This document shows, in pieces, positions 48,838 to 62,484 of a DNA stretch of 64,000 nt (position 1 is the first letter of the stretch; every line of letters starts with the position of its first letter). The notes under the pieces were generated by a model, which searched no databases, had not been told where the DNA came from, and saw nothing but the letters and a program-made list of their open reading frames with translations. Made by a program: the position numbers and the translations under genes. Source of the stretch: Podarcis cretensis (taxonomy: Eukaryota); the NCBI GenBank assembly GCA_951804945.1, contig OX638152.1:78988001-79052000 (forward strand), given 5' to 3'.

Positions 48838-50806
48838 AAGTGTTTAATTTCTTTCATTCACAGTCTGAGTCTGTGGTCCTTCTCACTGACTATGCTTCTC
48901 CCTTGCCCACCTACTGAGTTGCAGAAGTGCAAGCTGGAACCCTAGATGAAGAGCAGCTTCTTGCTGCATTCATTGGTACCGATTTCTTAAAAGATTATTA
49001 TTATTATTTACAAGTGCAATCTCTGGGTGGAATTCTATGTAAGTCCCACTGAAACAAAATGGACATGCAAAGTCTTGCATTCTAAATAATAGTATCTGAA
49101 GATCAGCGGTGAATGCAAACATAACATTGCTCTGCTACAACAATGGGGAAAAAACTCTTGACTGCAGGCCATTGTAGACAAGCTCACCTGCCCTACACCT
49201 GATGTCAGGTGTGGGCCAGGTAAAAGAGGTTTGGCCAGACACCGACCATCAGTTTATGGCTGGGTCTTCAAAAGCCCTGTGCATAGTGATTCACAAGACC
49301 CAACCATCAGCTGATTGCTGTCATTTTGCAGGCTGTGACTTTGTCTGCTGTTTGATTTCAAACCTCGTGGGCAAAAACATGTCACCTAATGTTACTGTAA
49401 CATCATGTGATTGGTAGGTGCTGCAGTCCCACTCAACTGTCAAACTTGGTTCTAGAATGGGGGGAATAACATTGTATTCTGTTGGTCAGGTCCAGTTCCT
49501 TGCCCCTCCTCTACTGTGACACATAACAGTGCCATGCTTGCAAGGACAATAAATGGTAATATCTACTTGCAAATTGGTTTCCAGCAGCGTTCGATATTCG
49601 CCAGGCGCTGGCTATCGGCCACTTGCAACCAAGTGATGATTCCTAGGTGCCACGATGGGCACTTGATGTCTCCACCATCTGGAAGGGCATGCTTGGGGAT
49701 CCTTGGATCATGCCTGTTTTCACACACTAGCAACACATCCTGTAGAATTCTATCCAATCAGAATGAATTTCAGGAACCAAAAAGTTATATTGAAAAATAT
49801 GACTTTTCAGCCGTCTGGTCCTAAAATGGCAACTAGGCATTCTGTTTAGGCAACTGTAACCCTGGTTTAAGGAGCCATTTGGAACATAGCTTATATATCT
49901 GAATTTCTAATGCTGGTCACCAGTCTACCTTTCTTCCTTTAGCACATTTGCAATTTGATAACTTCTACTTTAGACGCAATGTTGTTAGAAAATTCTAAAC
50001 TGTGAATAACCACAACAAATCCAAAGTTTCCTGCAGACCAAGTGCTAGCAGATGTTACATCTACAGTTAAAAAAACCCGTATAAAATGGCATTACTCTTA
50101 ACTTCAGTATTACATTCCGTTTCAGATTTATGATACGGACGTTTGAGAAACGATCCTGGAAAACCACCTCAGGTTACAAGAACACCATGTCCTCGAATTG
50201 TATCGTAAAAAAACAACAATGCTATTCGGCTTAAAACAGCTCACTATAAAAGCATCTGGACTCTCAGAAAAAGTATTCAAGCCTGCTGCATATATCCCTT
50301 TTTGTAAAAACCACACTTTCAACGCTCAGAAGTAAAACCTAAATATCGCATTTCTAACACAAAAACAGAAGGGGGCGCCAAAAGTCTACTGGTACATCTG
50401 GAGATCCAAGACTTGTCATGTCTTGGTTTGCTCTGCCCTGCTAGTTAACCAGGCTGTGTTCATTTGAAGATCTCAAGGACCCATCATCAGTTGACCCCTG
50501 CCCACTTTCAGCCCATATTTTTTTTTAAAAAAATACTGCTTCATGTTACAATCCTTGGATCCCGGACCTATGATCACGCTTCCTGAGAGTGTCGCACTGC
50601 AGAACAGTCACTATCAACCAGTGAAGCAAGTATTAAAGCAGGACTTATTCTTACCAAATGGCATTGTTTGATAACCCCAGACTTTTATCTTCTTTCCACT
50701 GATAAGAGTCTGGCCACTACTACAGGCATAGTTTACATTCTGTTTTTCGACCTCCAAGTGCAGAGTGGGGGAATCCATTTTCAGGTTTCTAGGTAGTGTG
50801 AAAATA

Positions 50807-51008
50807 CAGTGGTACCTCTGGTTGCGGATGGGAGCTACGGTTGGATCCTGAGGTTTTCGCAATCAGAGGTGCCTGTTCTGTGCATGTGCACAGCACAGTA
50901 GAGCACTTCTGCGCATGCGGCGAAACCCGGACAAATACTTCCGGGTTTACCACATGCGTATCCCGAAGGATACATAACCAGAGGTGCTCGTAAGTAGAGG
51001 TACCACTG
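50807..51008. mobile_element. Tc1/mariner-type MITE, CAGTGGTACCTC family
   Basis: TA|CAGTGGTACCTCT...AGAGGTACCACTG|TA. Confidence 0.87.
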
Positions 51009-51280
51009 TATCCCCAATAATTCCAGATCATCCTGGTGTTTCCCACTGCCAGCAATCTAGATGCCCTAGATACTCTGGGGGTTTACACCTACGACCCTTC
51101 CTGCACAATGCACAACAACTTCATAGTTAACTGACAGGCTTCAGTCAAGGGTGAGACACTTTTGCACCCTGAGGGCCCCATTTCCTTCTGGAAAATCTTC
51201 CAAGAGCCAGATAATGGGTGGGTGGAGCCAAAGGTGAAAGTGGGTGGCGCAACAAATGCAAATGCTAACTTTGTACTGTA

Positions 51281-51619
51281 AGGTAAAGGTAAAGGGACCC
51301 CTGACCATTAGGTCCAGTCGTGACCGACTCTGGGGTTGCGGCGCTGATCTCGCTTTATTGGCCAAGGGAGCCAGCGTACAGCTTATGGGTCATGTGGCCT
51401 GCATGACTAAGCCGCTTCTGGCGCACCAGAGCAGCGCACAGAAACGCCGTTTACCTTTCCGCCGGAGTGGTACCTATTTATCTACTTGCACTTTGACGTG
51501 CTTTCGAACTGCTAGGTTGGCAGGAGCAGGGACCGAGCAATGGGCGCTCACCCCGTCACGGGGATTCGAACCGCCGACCTTCTGATCGGCAAGTCCCAGG
51601 CTCTGTGGTTTCACCCACA
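51281..51619 (-). mobile_element. Sauria SINE, subfamily B, slightly 5'-truncated
   Basis: Highly similar to 45471-45826; TSD ACTTTGTAC(T/A)GTA. Confidence 0.92.
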
Positions 51620-53023
51620 CCTACTTTGTACAGTAGGCTAGCTCAAATCCCCCTCTGTGTTCTCCATTTAGACCAGCAGGAGGCTTTATCAGAGTTCAAT
51701 GCCAGGGAAAGAACACCCTCAGGTGTGAAGCAGGGTGCCTTATTTCAGACTGAGTGAAACAGATGATTCAATGAATAAGAACATAAGAAGAATTAAAGGA
51801 AGCTTGTGTGCAGGTGGGACGAGAAGAGCTGGTCTCCCCCCCACCCCACCCCTTTCTGATGCTCTCTATCCCCAATGGCTAGGGTGGCAGTGACAACAGC
51901 TCACTCCCCAAAGCAGGAAGTCCTCAGGGGTCATCACCAGGGTCAGCAAAGGAAGGGAAAGAGTGGCAAGTCTATGAAAGAAACAGAAGAGTGGCAAGAG
52001 GGAGCTGGGGTGGAAGAAACAGGTGCTGTGTGCCTTGTGATTCCCTCAGAGGAGTTACAGCCAAACACTATAACCCGAGACTGCTGAGGTGAATGTGCAA
52101 GAAAAATGTGCTTTGAGCTATTGAAATATACCACATAAATACTACATCATATTATTATTATTATTATTACTACTACTACTGCGATCATCAACAACAAGCT
52201 GGAGGCACATAAACGAAGCATTAAGAGAGGGTACTGAGTGACACATGAAGTCTCTGGAATTTTTAAAACGCATCTTGATGTGGGAGGGGGGTGAGGTTGA
52301 CAATAACCACGAATATTTCTTTTGTCAAACGAACGAAAGCCGAGGCTTTCCTAGAACAGAACAAGAAAGCAGAACAAAAGTCAGGCTGCCATGAGGTGAA
52401 CATGACAGCACGCATTCTCATAATGCCTTATAAATTGTTGGCAGAGTCATGACGGCTTCACATTTACACCCGTTTAGCTTATGGCAAATGCGGCAGGGCA
52501 GTCGTTGTGGAGCATCTCACTGCAATAGGCTCTCCCTCCCTCCAGAATCCCCCTAGCAACAGATCCAGGCTCCTACATGAAGAGAAGGGAAGTCCATTGT
52601 TAATATATGCATCTGTGTTAAGCGAACGGGGCTGGGGCAGAATGTCGCTGATCCGTAGGATTTAGTGAAATAGGAGCAGTTGGACACAAAAACGAGCCCA
52701 GGATAAACACTTTGTTCTTTTATTCTGGGTTAAATCAATCAATCAAGACTAGGCATCACCCTGAGACGCCAGACCTCTCAATCATTAGCATGGCTACGTA
52801 TGACTCACTGTTCCACATGCAAGGTTGCAGTGAGAAGGTGGGAAGGGGGAATCTGCCATTTACTCTGGTTGTGCATGCAAATAAGCGTTTAAAATGTAAC
52901 AAGGTTGCCTCCAGATTGTCAATATTTTGCAGGAGGGATTCAGCTGGAAAATAAAATTTGTGCAATTAAAGTGCTCCGCCACTCCAAAAAAACAACACTT
53001 TTTTTAAAACAAACAAACAAAGA

Positions 53024-53031
53024 GTAGTAGT

Positions 53032-53069
<38 letters not shown>

Positions 53070-53075
53070 CAACAG
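53024..53075 (+). repeat. Compound trinucleotide microsatellite (TAG)n(CAG)n(CAA)n
   Basis: Read directly; intronic. Confidence 0.9.
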
Positions 53076-54140
53076 TAAACTGGCTTTTTGCTGTTGGGAA
53101 CACGGCGGGGAGAATTATAAAAAAGAGTGGAATAAATGACCAATTGATGGGAATACTTATAACCTCTTTGCATGCAAATCAGAATAAATTATCAAGAAAG
53201 AGCAGGCATTGCTTAACCTTTGAAAAAGCTTTGTGCAAGCAAATGATGAATACTCGACAAGAAGGGCGCCTAGAGGAACATTATTTTCTTAGTAAGCAAA
53301 ACTAGGTCAACTAGGGAGAGGGAGAGGTGACCTTGAAGTACTGTGGGTGGGCAACTGGAGAGTTCCATAACTACAATGTATGGCACACTGAGTGACCCCT
53401 AAAACTGGGTATATGGGAGACAAAAATGTTACTTCTTATGGCATCAAAAGGTCACTGATTCGGAGGTATCTCGGCCTTTTCGCAAGGTAAAGGTCAACAT
53501 GCCTTCTAAAAACCCTTAAAACAAACAAACAAAGCAGCTTCTTCGATACTGTACTCGTAGTTTGGTAGAAAGCGGAAGACGGACAACGGCACTTTAAAAC
53601 ACAAACTAGAAAAAGGAAATATTTTGCTTCATTATCTGTGAGGAAAAGGCAGGGGAGAGAACCTGTGGAGTTCTCACACCTAAGAGGTTTTCAAACTAGT
53701 GGGATTATTATCCTTCAAAACTGGAAGCTACCCTGACTGGAAGCTACCAGGACAGCTTTGGCAAATGTTCTGAGCAGGAAGCCTATTAAAGTAGTTGGAT
53801 AATGAAAATAGTTCTACTTCATCATAAGAGATTTAAAGGGAAACCTATCTGGATATGAAAATATGAATGGCTCTAGAGGATTAACCCAGAGTTCATTTTA
53901 AAGAATCTGTGGGAAGAACATTGTTTTGTTATTCAGGAACTGAAGTGACAAAACATTTCTTCCCTTTTCCTCCTTAGCCACAGTCTACATCTAACAGATC
54001 ACACTCAGGATGGAACACAGGCGTGTTGATTAGGGGTGCATTCAGATATAGCGTTTATTACGTGAGTTTTCCTGACTATAACGCTAGCTCTCCTGTCCCA
54101 TTTTCTAACCTTCATTTCACACAGCAGTGTCTGTTGCATA

Positions 54141-54312
54141 GGGACATGAATGGCACAGTGGTCTAAACCACTGAGCCTCTTAAGCTTGCCGATCGCAAGG
54201 TTGGCAGTTCGAATCTGTGCAACAGGGTAAGCTCCCGTTGCTTTGTCCCTGCCAACCTAGCAGTTCAAGAGAATTCAACTGGACTTAACCATCCAGGGGT
54301 CCTTTACCTTCT
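54141..54312 (+). mobile_element. Internally deleted Sauria SINE
   Basis: GGGACATGAATGGCACAGTGG head and GTTCGAATC B-box joined to a GGGGTCCTTTACCTT tail. Confidence 0.78.
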
Positions 54313-54839
54313 TTATGGAACTGCGGCTTTTTGACCAATATACTGCAGTGTCACACTCAATTTAAATCACACCAATGAGCTTGGCTTCACCTTTATTTGA
54401 TGACCCCTGGGATTTAGTATGATGGGTGTGTGAGAGAAAAAACTTATCTCTATCCACACTCTCAGCACAACCTTTTATAGCTCTATCAGTCCACCCATAC
54501 TTACCACTTCTAAACTAAAAAGTTTCAAATATTGTAAAGGTTTCACATGGGGAAAGGTTCTACCAATAAGATGGAAAGGGACATTTTCTAGATAAAAAAA
54601 TAAACTAAAAATCTGTGGAAATTTTTCCATTTCTTAAAGTAACGATGAATAGATGCTAACTGTAAATAAATCATTAGGCAAGTTCGGCAGTTTTGATTTT
54701 GTCTATTGAATACAAGTAAAATAAAAGAGCTAAATTAGATTATTCTGTAGGGCATCAGAACATTTCCTTATGCAAATTACTCTAGTTTACATATGCAAAA
54801 TTTCTAAAAACCAACATCACTAGTTGCTCAAACCCTTGA

Positions 54840-55810
54840 TCAAATTGGGTTGCCCTTCTCTGTACTTTTCCCAGCTCTACAATATGCTTTTGAGGTGTGG
54901 CAACCAGAACTGTATGAAGCATTCCACGTGCGGCCATGCCACAGATTTATCTAACAGCATTATGATGGGGCAGATTAATTTTTAATGCCTTTCCCAATCT
55001 CTAACATGAAAACTTACTCTTTCCACAGATGCCACACACATCAACACAGACATTTTCAGTGAGTTATCCATTGCAACCCAAAAGTCTCGTTCCTGGACAG
55101 TCAACCAGTTCAGATCCCACTTGCATAAATGTAAAAAATACCGTATTTTTTGCTCTATAAGACGCACCAGACCACAAGATGCACCTAGTTTTTGGAGGAG
55201 GAAAAAATGAAAAAAAAAAATCTGAATCTCAGAAGCCAGAACAGCAAGAGGGATCGTTGCGCAGTGAAAGCAGCAATCCCTCTTGCTGTTCTGGCTTCTG
55301 GGATAGCTGCGCAGCCTGCATTCGCTCCATAAGACGCACACACATTTCCCCTTACTTCTTAGGAGGGAAAAAGTGAGTCTTATAGAGCAAAAAATACAGT
55401 ACCACCGGCTAAAAGCAACTGAAGTTCCTGCCTTCAAGCACTAGGTGGCCCTAATCCTATCTAGGTATAGTGCAGATTTAGAATTTCTTGCATTATTTTA
55501 CACTTGCTCACAATTAACCCTGTTTGTCGTTTTTTTTTAATGCCTGCTCCCTCCTAATACTCTGCAAACTTGGCCACCTCACTGCTCAACCCTAACTCCA
55601 TGTCATTTAGGAACAAGTTAAAGAGCACATCCTTGGGAAAATCCCATTTCTTATACCCCTCCAGTACGAGAACTGCCCATTTATTCCTACTCTCTGCTTC
55701 CTCTTCCAGTTACTGATCCATAAGAGAACCTGTCTTCTTATCCCACGACTGCTAAGCTCACTCAGGAGCCTTGGGTGAAGGATTTTACTAACATCTTCTT
55801 GAAACGCCAA
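54840..55810 (-). mobile_element. Degraded CR1 LINE fragments, interrupted by a MITE
   Basis: H-x-RLL-x-x-L, GI-x-x-x-VLLWI-x-NW and KQRVGINGQFS-x-W RT-region motifs on the minus strand. Confidence 0.7.
55141..55399. mobile_element. Tc1/mariner-type MITE, CCGTATTTTT family
   Basis: TIRs with TA TSD; near-identical inverted partner at 11979-12212. Confidence 0.9.
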
Positions 55811-56183
55811 GCACACAATCTAGTTAATTTATAGAATACACTGCCATAAGAGACACTGATGGTCACTAGCTCAGGTGACTTGAAAAGGTCGGTGGTCAAA
55901 TTAATGGGGGATTAAGTCCATCATTGGCTACAAATCATGCTGGCTATATGTGGCTCCCAGCTTCAAAGGAAGTATGCCTCTGCATACCATTTTCTGGAGA
56001 ATGAGTGAGGAGGGCTATTGGGCTCCTGGCCTGCTTGTGAGCTTCCTAAGAGACATCTATTGGCCAACAAGGGGAACAAGCTGATAGGCCTTGATCTCAC
56101 CTATCAGGGCTCTATGTTATTATGGACAGTCCTGGTCCACATGTGCATGGTTTTGCACATTTTGTCGAGATCCTTCCACTCAC

Positions 56184-57129
56184 CTATTTCATCCCCGAGA
56201 GAAGAGTTCAGGATGGAACCAGCGGACATGACGACAGCACAGCTACCAAACCCACGTGGGTACAGCTTGCTCAGAGAAACTTTGGGGACCCTCCTTTCCC
56301 ATCCGAGGATAGAAAAGGGAGCTTCTTTGCCATCGATGGTCCTGACGTCCACACGTGCCTTGAGCTCACAGAGGAGTTGCTCTGAAGTCAACTTGAGGTT
56401 TCGCTTCCCTTTGAAGTGCACCCTATGCTTATTAGTATCCAGGTAACCTTTCCTTGCTTTCTGTAGGCGAGGGAGGAGCATCTTAGAGGAGACGTTCCCT
56501 TTCCAAAGCCTGTAGAGGAAAGATTTCGACATTGTGGAATATACTCCATCCCATTCATTGGACTCTTCAAACATCTGGCCTCTCCTGTGTCTTGCATGTC
56601 TTTTCTTTTTCTTCCTTTGAGGGAGCCAATTATCCTGCAAGGCATTGCTCTTCTGATCCGCCCCCTCTGCTGAGACTAATCTCCCTATTCTCTGAATACT
56701 GCTCTGTGACCGACGCTGACCAGCAGCAAATAAATAATCACCAGACCTTTGATAGAAAGCACTTTTTGATTTTCTTCCTAATTGGGGAGGGAAAAATTCC
56801 TCTTCACTTTCAAAGCCATCGTCTAGGTCAGCCCATTTTTTAACGCTCCCAGTCCCCAATTTGAGTGAACCCGAGACATCTTTGCTGAGAAGCAGATCAT
56901 TCTCATCAGCTGTATCAGAGAAGGACGGGTCGTGCATGGCCCCCATGATAGCTCTCTGCTTGCCTTGAATGGGCAAAAGCCTTTTAGTCTCAGTGTAGGA
57001 GAAGGAGCTTGGAACTGCTTCAGCCGTGTTGCTATCTGTGAAATAGATGAAGATAACCAGGAACAGGAGACCCCACGCGAATATTCCAAACAGCATGAGT
57101 TGTTTCCATTGCTTCAAGTTAGGTTTCAT
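56184..57129 (-). CDS. ST6GAL2: Beta-galactoside alpha-2,6-sialyltransferase 2, first coding exon (cytoplasmic tail, TM anchor, stem, start of sialylmotif L)
   Basis: GCCATGA start. MKPNLKQWKQLMLFGIFAWGLLFLVIFIYFTD is a type II anchor. Ends CAVVMSAGSILNSSLGDEI, then G|GTGAG donor; 946 nt. The likely exon acceptor is TTATTCCAG with AG at 57187-57186. Confidence 0.96.
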
Positions 57130-60100
57130 GGCAACTCTGTGCCTATTCTGCCGTATGCTAAAGGCCCAGTGAAGGAGCATCAAACCTGGAATAAGAAGAT
57201 TCAGTATTAGCAAAGAACGTCTCTCAAGGTAGGACAGAAACAAACAACTCTAAGGTCAATGATAATGTGTCGAAAACTATGCAACGTAGGAACACTTATC
57301 AGTAGGTAAATTGTTTTCCTCAACAACAGATATCACACCTAGGATATTTATGGCATAATGTCAATTTTTCAGGGCAACACAGCATAATGTCCCTCTTTAA
57401 GCACATTTTGCATGCTGCTCTGCAAACCACAGCCAAATCAACTAATGCTGAACTAAAATTTATATTGACAAGTGACAATCAGCTTCAAACTTTCAAACAA
57501 GGGTATACACACACACACTTATGCATACATTTATGGAACTGAAGGGCCCATGCAAATCTTTACTATTCCACATGAGACATGTGTCCACAGTGCTCTGCAG
57601 GTTTAAGACATTTTATCACAGTGGGGTTTTGACTCATTTGTAGAAGTTATACAAATGGCAGAATTCAAGGGCTAAAACAGGTCTGAAGAAAATCTATTTT
57701 AGTCTCATCAAGACGGAATACTGTATATCTCAGAACAGTTAACATATCTAGCACAGTCCCCATGCAGGTTCTTTTCTGAATTTCAGATTGAAGGCAAGAG
57801 CACGTTAATAGGCACAGCTATGAATAAAAAAAATTCCCTGGTTCAAATTTTAGTCCAGAATTTCAGTCACCAAGGTAGCTTTATGCAAGCCATTGTCTCA
57901 ATTTGCAATTTAGGGATTAAACCATCCTGCGTCTCAGGGATGTTGAAAGTGTTATGCCAAAGAAGCACATAAAGAAAGGAATATAAATGTTAACTATTAT
58001 TAGGAGTTGGGTTTTTTATGACAATTCTGGTATCCTAAATAAGTGGCAGTGTGGCAGTCATGCTTCCTTAAGACTCCCAAGAATCGACCGCATGATTCTT
58101 AGCTTGCATTAAAACAAAGGATATTCTCTAGTGAAAATACTGTGCTGCTGAAGGAGCTTTCATCCTCCTTTGATCCTATTCAAGTGGCTGACTGCAGCCC
58201 CTGTGTCACAACTCCCATTGTTTTGCAACAGAAGGCACTTTTAATGTCTCTAAACTAGGCCTCCTATTTATTACAAGAGGGGAGCTGAGTGGAAGAAGAG
58301 TCTTTATCCTTTTCAAACTTTCCTCTCTTTCAGGACTTTGTATTGTCAAGGTTCTCCATTGCTAAGAAAAAGCATATAAAGAGACACAGCTATGAGGTCA
58401 GGACGGTTCAAGTTGATGTTCTACGTTAGGCACTGTTATGTTAAATAGGCCCTTTTCTTCCCTCAAGAGAAAGGGAGGGAGGATATTGCAGCTTTTCAAT
58501 TGGAAGTTCGTCTCAGGGTTAGCAGGGGTTGTGAATTCTGTGGCCAGACATTCCCATGGTGTTGGGAATTCAAACTTGATGGGAAAACTCTGCAACCTAG
58601 GTGGAAAAAGTTCTGGTGGTATGAGGAATTAAAGAACCTTTCCAGCATAAAGCAAAGGAAGTTTCTCTTCAAAGCACAGACACACTGCATTGCAGCTGTT
58701 ATGTGGCTTTTAATACTTCCCCATCATATAATTAGAACCCTTTCTTTGAACTAGAGACTGCCAGGAGTTACTCTCTGCCACTGCTTTTTGAGAACGCAAC
58801 TGATCTTAGAAGAAAAATAAAATTTACATGATACAGTTACACCTGGACATCCCTGCACAAGTTAAGAGAGGAAGAGGTGTATTTCATCAGTGAGTTCAGG
58901 CAGAGATGAGAGATTGTTAAAAAGGCGTTATTCTGTGACATTGAGGCACATGCCTGGGCACACATTTTGGAGCTGTACCATGCAGAAGGCAATTGCCTCC
59001 AGTGCAAAACAGAGCATTTAAGTAAATTTTCTGCCTTCCTTTTAATCGCATATCCATGCAACAGCTGATCTGTGTTTGCCCATCTCATGTAGGTGTGCAG
59101 ATCATCTAAAAGCAACTGATTTGAGAAAGCTGATAAAAAATAGAAAACTGAAAGAACAGAAGGGAAAGCAGACAGAAATTATGAAACAAGCTAGAAATCA
59201 ACACGATATACGCTTCAGGTTTGCACAGACTGAGTGTTACAAAAGGTCAACTCTCCGTTTCGGTGCCATATAAAGGAACAATTCGCAGCCAACATTCATG
59301 CACAAGCAGCATAATTCACTCTGAGTTCTCTAATACATTGCTAGCACTATGCAGTTCGATACTGCCATTTGTATTGAACCTTCGCCCCATGGTACTGCTT
59401 TGTTTTGTTTTTGTTATTATTCGACACAGCATTAATTTTTCTTTTGAAATAACTTTTAGCAAACGGTTATAAAAGAGCATCCAGTTACAAACCGGGATCT
59501 GATTTATAAAAGCACAATCCAAAAAGTACCAGTCGTTTTTCCTCAAACCTAACATAGCAGAAACCTCAAGGCAAACCCAAAACAAATCCCTCAAGCCAGT
59601 GGAGGGTGGTCCATTGGGGTGAATGGGGTGCTGCCCCAATAATCTTAGCCAGCCCACACCTGGCTGCTTTTGTGCTTAAAAACTAGCCCATGGGGTGATT
59701 CTGCCCATCAGCTTCCTCCAGTCTCAGGGGGAATGGGTACAAAACTATTTCATTTCTAAAATCCCTGTTCACATGTAAGTATTCATCACTTGCAGACCGC
59801 ATCATCCGGTAATGATCTACATGTATCAAAAACCACAGAGAGGTTTCATATCATCGCAAACTCCCCCCCCCAAAAAAGTGGGGCCAGTTCACAGCCTGTG
59901 AGTCAGTGTGAGTAATTGGAGGATCAGAGAGGAACACAGCAATTCTAACCCGTCTGGGAGCAGAGTGGTGAGTCCACTGTAGCATCTGAAGCCCTGCCAG
60001 TTCTAAAAGCCAGCACAGAAGGTGGGCTTTATTTTATCAGGCCCTTTGGGACATCCCTGGGGCTATGGATCCAGCAGATCGAAAGCCAGCAGAAACCCAC

Positions 60101-62134
60101 CACACCCCACTTCACAGATTTCCACAGGTGGGATCTCCCCACATGGCTTGGCAAAGCCTCAACAGTGGAGGAGGAGCTTTCTCACCAGGTTGACGGTGAC
60201 TCTGTCAATTACTAATCCCCTCCAGCACTCAGATCAGGAGGTTAGGACTGCAAGTGCTCAACATGCATCTGTGATTCAGCCCTTCTTCAGGAAGCAGGCC
60301 AGCAGGCAACACCATGTGAGCATGAGAGTTCTGCTAGCCAAGGAGATGAGCTAAATTTTCAAATAAAAAACTATGAGACCAATCCACCAGAAAGTTATGC
60401 TGCAACGAATAGGAGTGATGCAAATGTATCATTGTGGTACAAGAGGTTCAAGGGAATTCCTTTCCAAGTAAACCTTTTCCAACAAGGGAATCACCTCTGT
60501 GGTATTTGAGTATATATATATATACAAAACTACTTTTGTGTTCTCTGGCAAGTACTGTTCCATCAACATGAAATCTTGAAATTGCACGAGTTATTATTAC
60601 CGACATGGAATCCTGGCTCCTGAAATCCAAATGCTGAATTTTGCAACCAACAATCATCCCTAGGATTCCACTGCAAGTTGCACTGATCAAATGTCTCTGG
60701 ATATTTGCCAAATTTTGGAGTCCGAAGCAGACCGCCAACCCACCACAAAACAAATAATCTCCTGTTTTAAAAACCGAAAGACACAATCATATCAGGATCC
60801 AATAGCTATAAGAATCAGGCATGCATGTAAATTATGGTATATATACGCCATTGAGGCTTCTTCCTCCTCATACTGGCATTAAAGCCATCTGTGTACCTTT
60901 AAGACACTGTGTCATCTGCCCTAAAGCTGCCACAGGTAAATATGTCTGCAGGAGAGGAACTATTGTCTAACCCTTTACCCCAACTTCTGTACCCCAACTT
61001 CTCAATAGAAAAGAAAATCCTCTATCACACAACCCATCAGGTATTTGTCCACATGTATTTGAAATGTTAACAGTAGTGTTATTAAGCACTCCGTTGTTGA
61101 AAGGCAACACAAGTGAATTGGCACAGCGAGACTATTAATTTGGGAGTACAAGCAAGAAACTGTTAAGCCATTTTCTGATCTCCTATGGAACTGATTTCTC
61201 TCAGCCTACTTCATTCAATTTAGAGGAGCAGATGAATTGAAAAACTGCCGCTCAAAGCAGCACGTTCCTCTGCTCTGACATCATGTGTAACTGTGCATGA
61301 CTGCAGGAGTATTCTATGGTATATTACAACCAGAAATGGCTGCTGGGAGAAGGAGTTATTGGTAATGAATGAACCATTCAACGTCAGAAACGGCCTATAG
61401 CAGCGTTTTTACGAACTGCATTAATCACACCTGCACAAATGAGTGTGCATAGCTTGGGATGGATTTTGTGTTTGACTCCAGACACCGTATTTAAAGAAAC
61501 ATAATAAACAGCAAAAATGAGGAGTTTTAAAACATTTTGACAGGATAAATAAATCTGTGGTCTCAGAAAGTTATGTGTACCTCTGTGACTGGGTGCAAGA
61601 CGTGGCCATTAGAAATAAGATATTATAGCCCCTTACAAAGTTTCACACTCCATATGCAATAACTCATTTTATATCTGCTCTCAGCATGATTAGAATAAAG
61701 GTTTCTTTTCTTTGCTATACAAATATTTGCTCTTGCTACATTACTCTGCATCAACAGAGGTAACCGCAGCTGAGAGCAACAAACGAAATTGCTTTCCAAG
61801 ACAAAATTTCTAAGGTTTCCAGCCACGAGAGCACTGGAAATCATCATTCCAAAAGTTACATACCAGCAGTTACAAAGTTTTAGTCATTAATTCAAACAAA
61901 TTCTGCTAAGTCTTCTAAATGGAAGATAAATTTTTTTGCTTACAGAATACAACTGTGGTGCAGTGATGGAGAGTTGGGTTAAGATATGGAACACACATCT
62001 GCCATATATACAGCACTCACTGGGCAAGTCATTGTCAACCTCTACTTCCCATCTGTAAAATGGGAATCGGAAGATAAGAAGCTGCAGTATAGCAAGTCAG
62101 GCCATTGCTCTCTCCAGCTTGCTACTGTCTACAC

Positions 62135-62484
62135 CAGAGCTTTCCAAACTGTGGGTCGCGACACATTAGTGTGTTGGCTTCAGTGTGTAGTTGTGTCACG
62201 CAAACACTCCCCGCGCTCCTCCCGGGGCTGGAAAGAAGGGGTTAGTTCAGGCACAGGCAAACTCCAGCCCTCCAGATGTTTGGGACTACAACTCCCATCA
62301 TCCCTAGCTAATAGGACCAGTGGTCATGGATGATGGGAATTGTAGTCCCAAACATCTGGAGGGCCAGAGTTTGCCTATGTCTGGGTTAGTATGTCTGGTT
62401 TGCTAGTAAAACTGAATTACTGTGTCACTAAATGATGCATGTCTAAAATGTGTGTCACCAGCATAAAAAGTTTGGAAAGCTGTG
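62135..62484. mobile_element. hAT-type non-autonomous element inside a SINE, itself carrying a nested hAT MITE
   Basis: TIRs CAGAGCTTTCCAAACT/AGTTTGGAAAGCTGTG; perfect 8-bp TSD GTCTACAC (62127-62134, 62485-62492). Confidence 0.88.
62248..62383. mobile_element. hAT MITE of the same family as 11679-11814
   Basis: Near-palindromic; 8-bp TSD GGTTAGTT/GGTTAGTA. Confidence 0.88.

Noticed and set aside
53024-53075. PolyQ/polyC coding repeat
   Set aside because: It is an intronic microsatellite with no splice or coding context.
57186-57243. N-terminal part of the 379-aa ORF, and read-through tails of exon ORFs such as 6268-6348 and 56104-56183
   Set aside because: These lie beyond canonical splice sites and are intronic.
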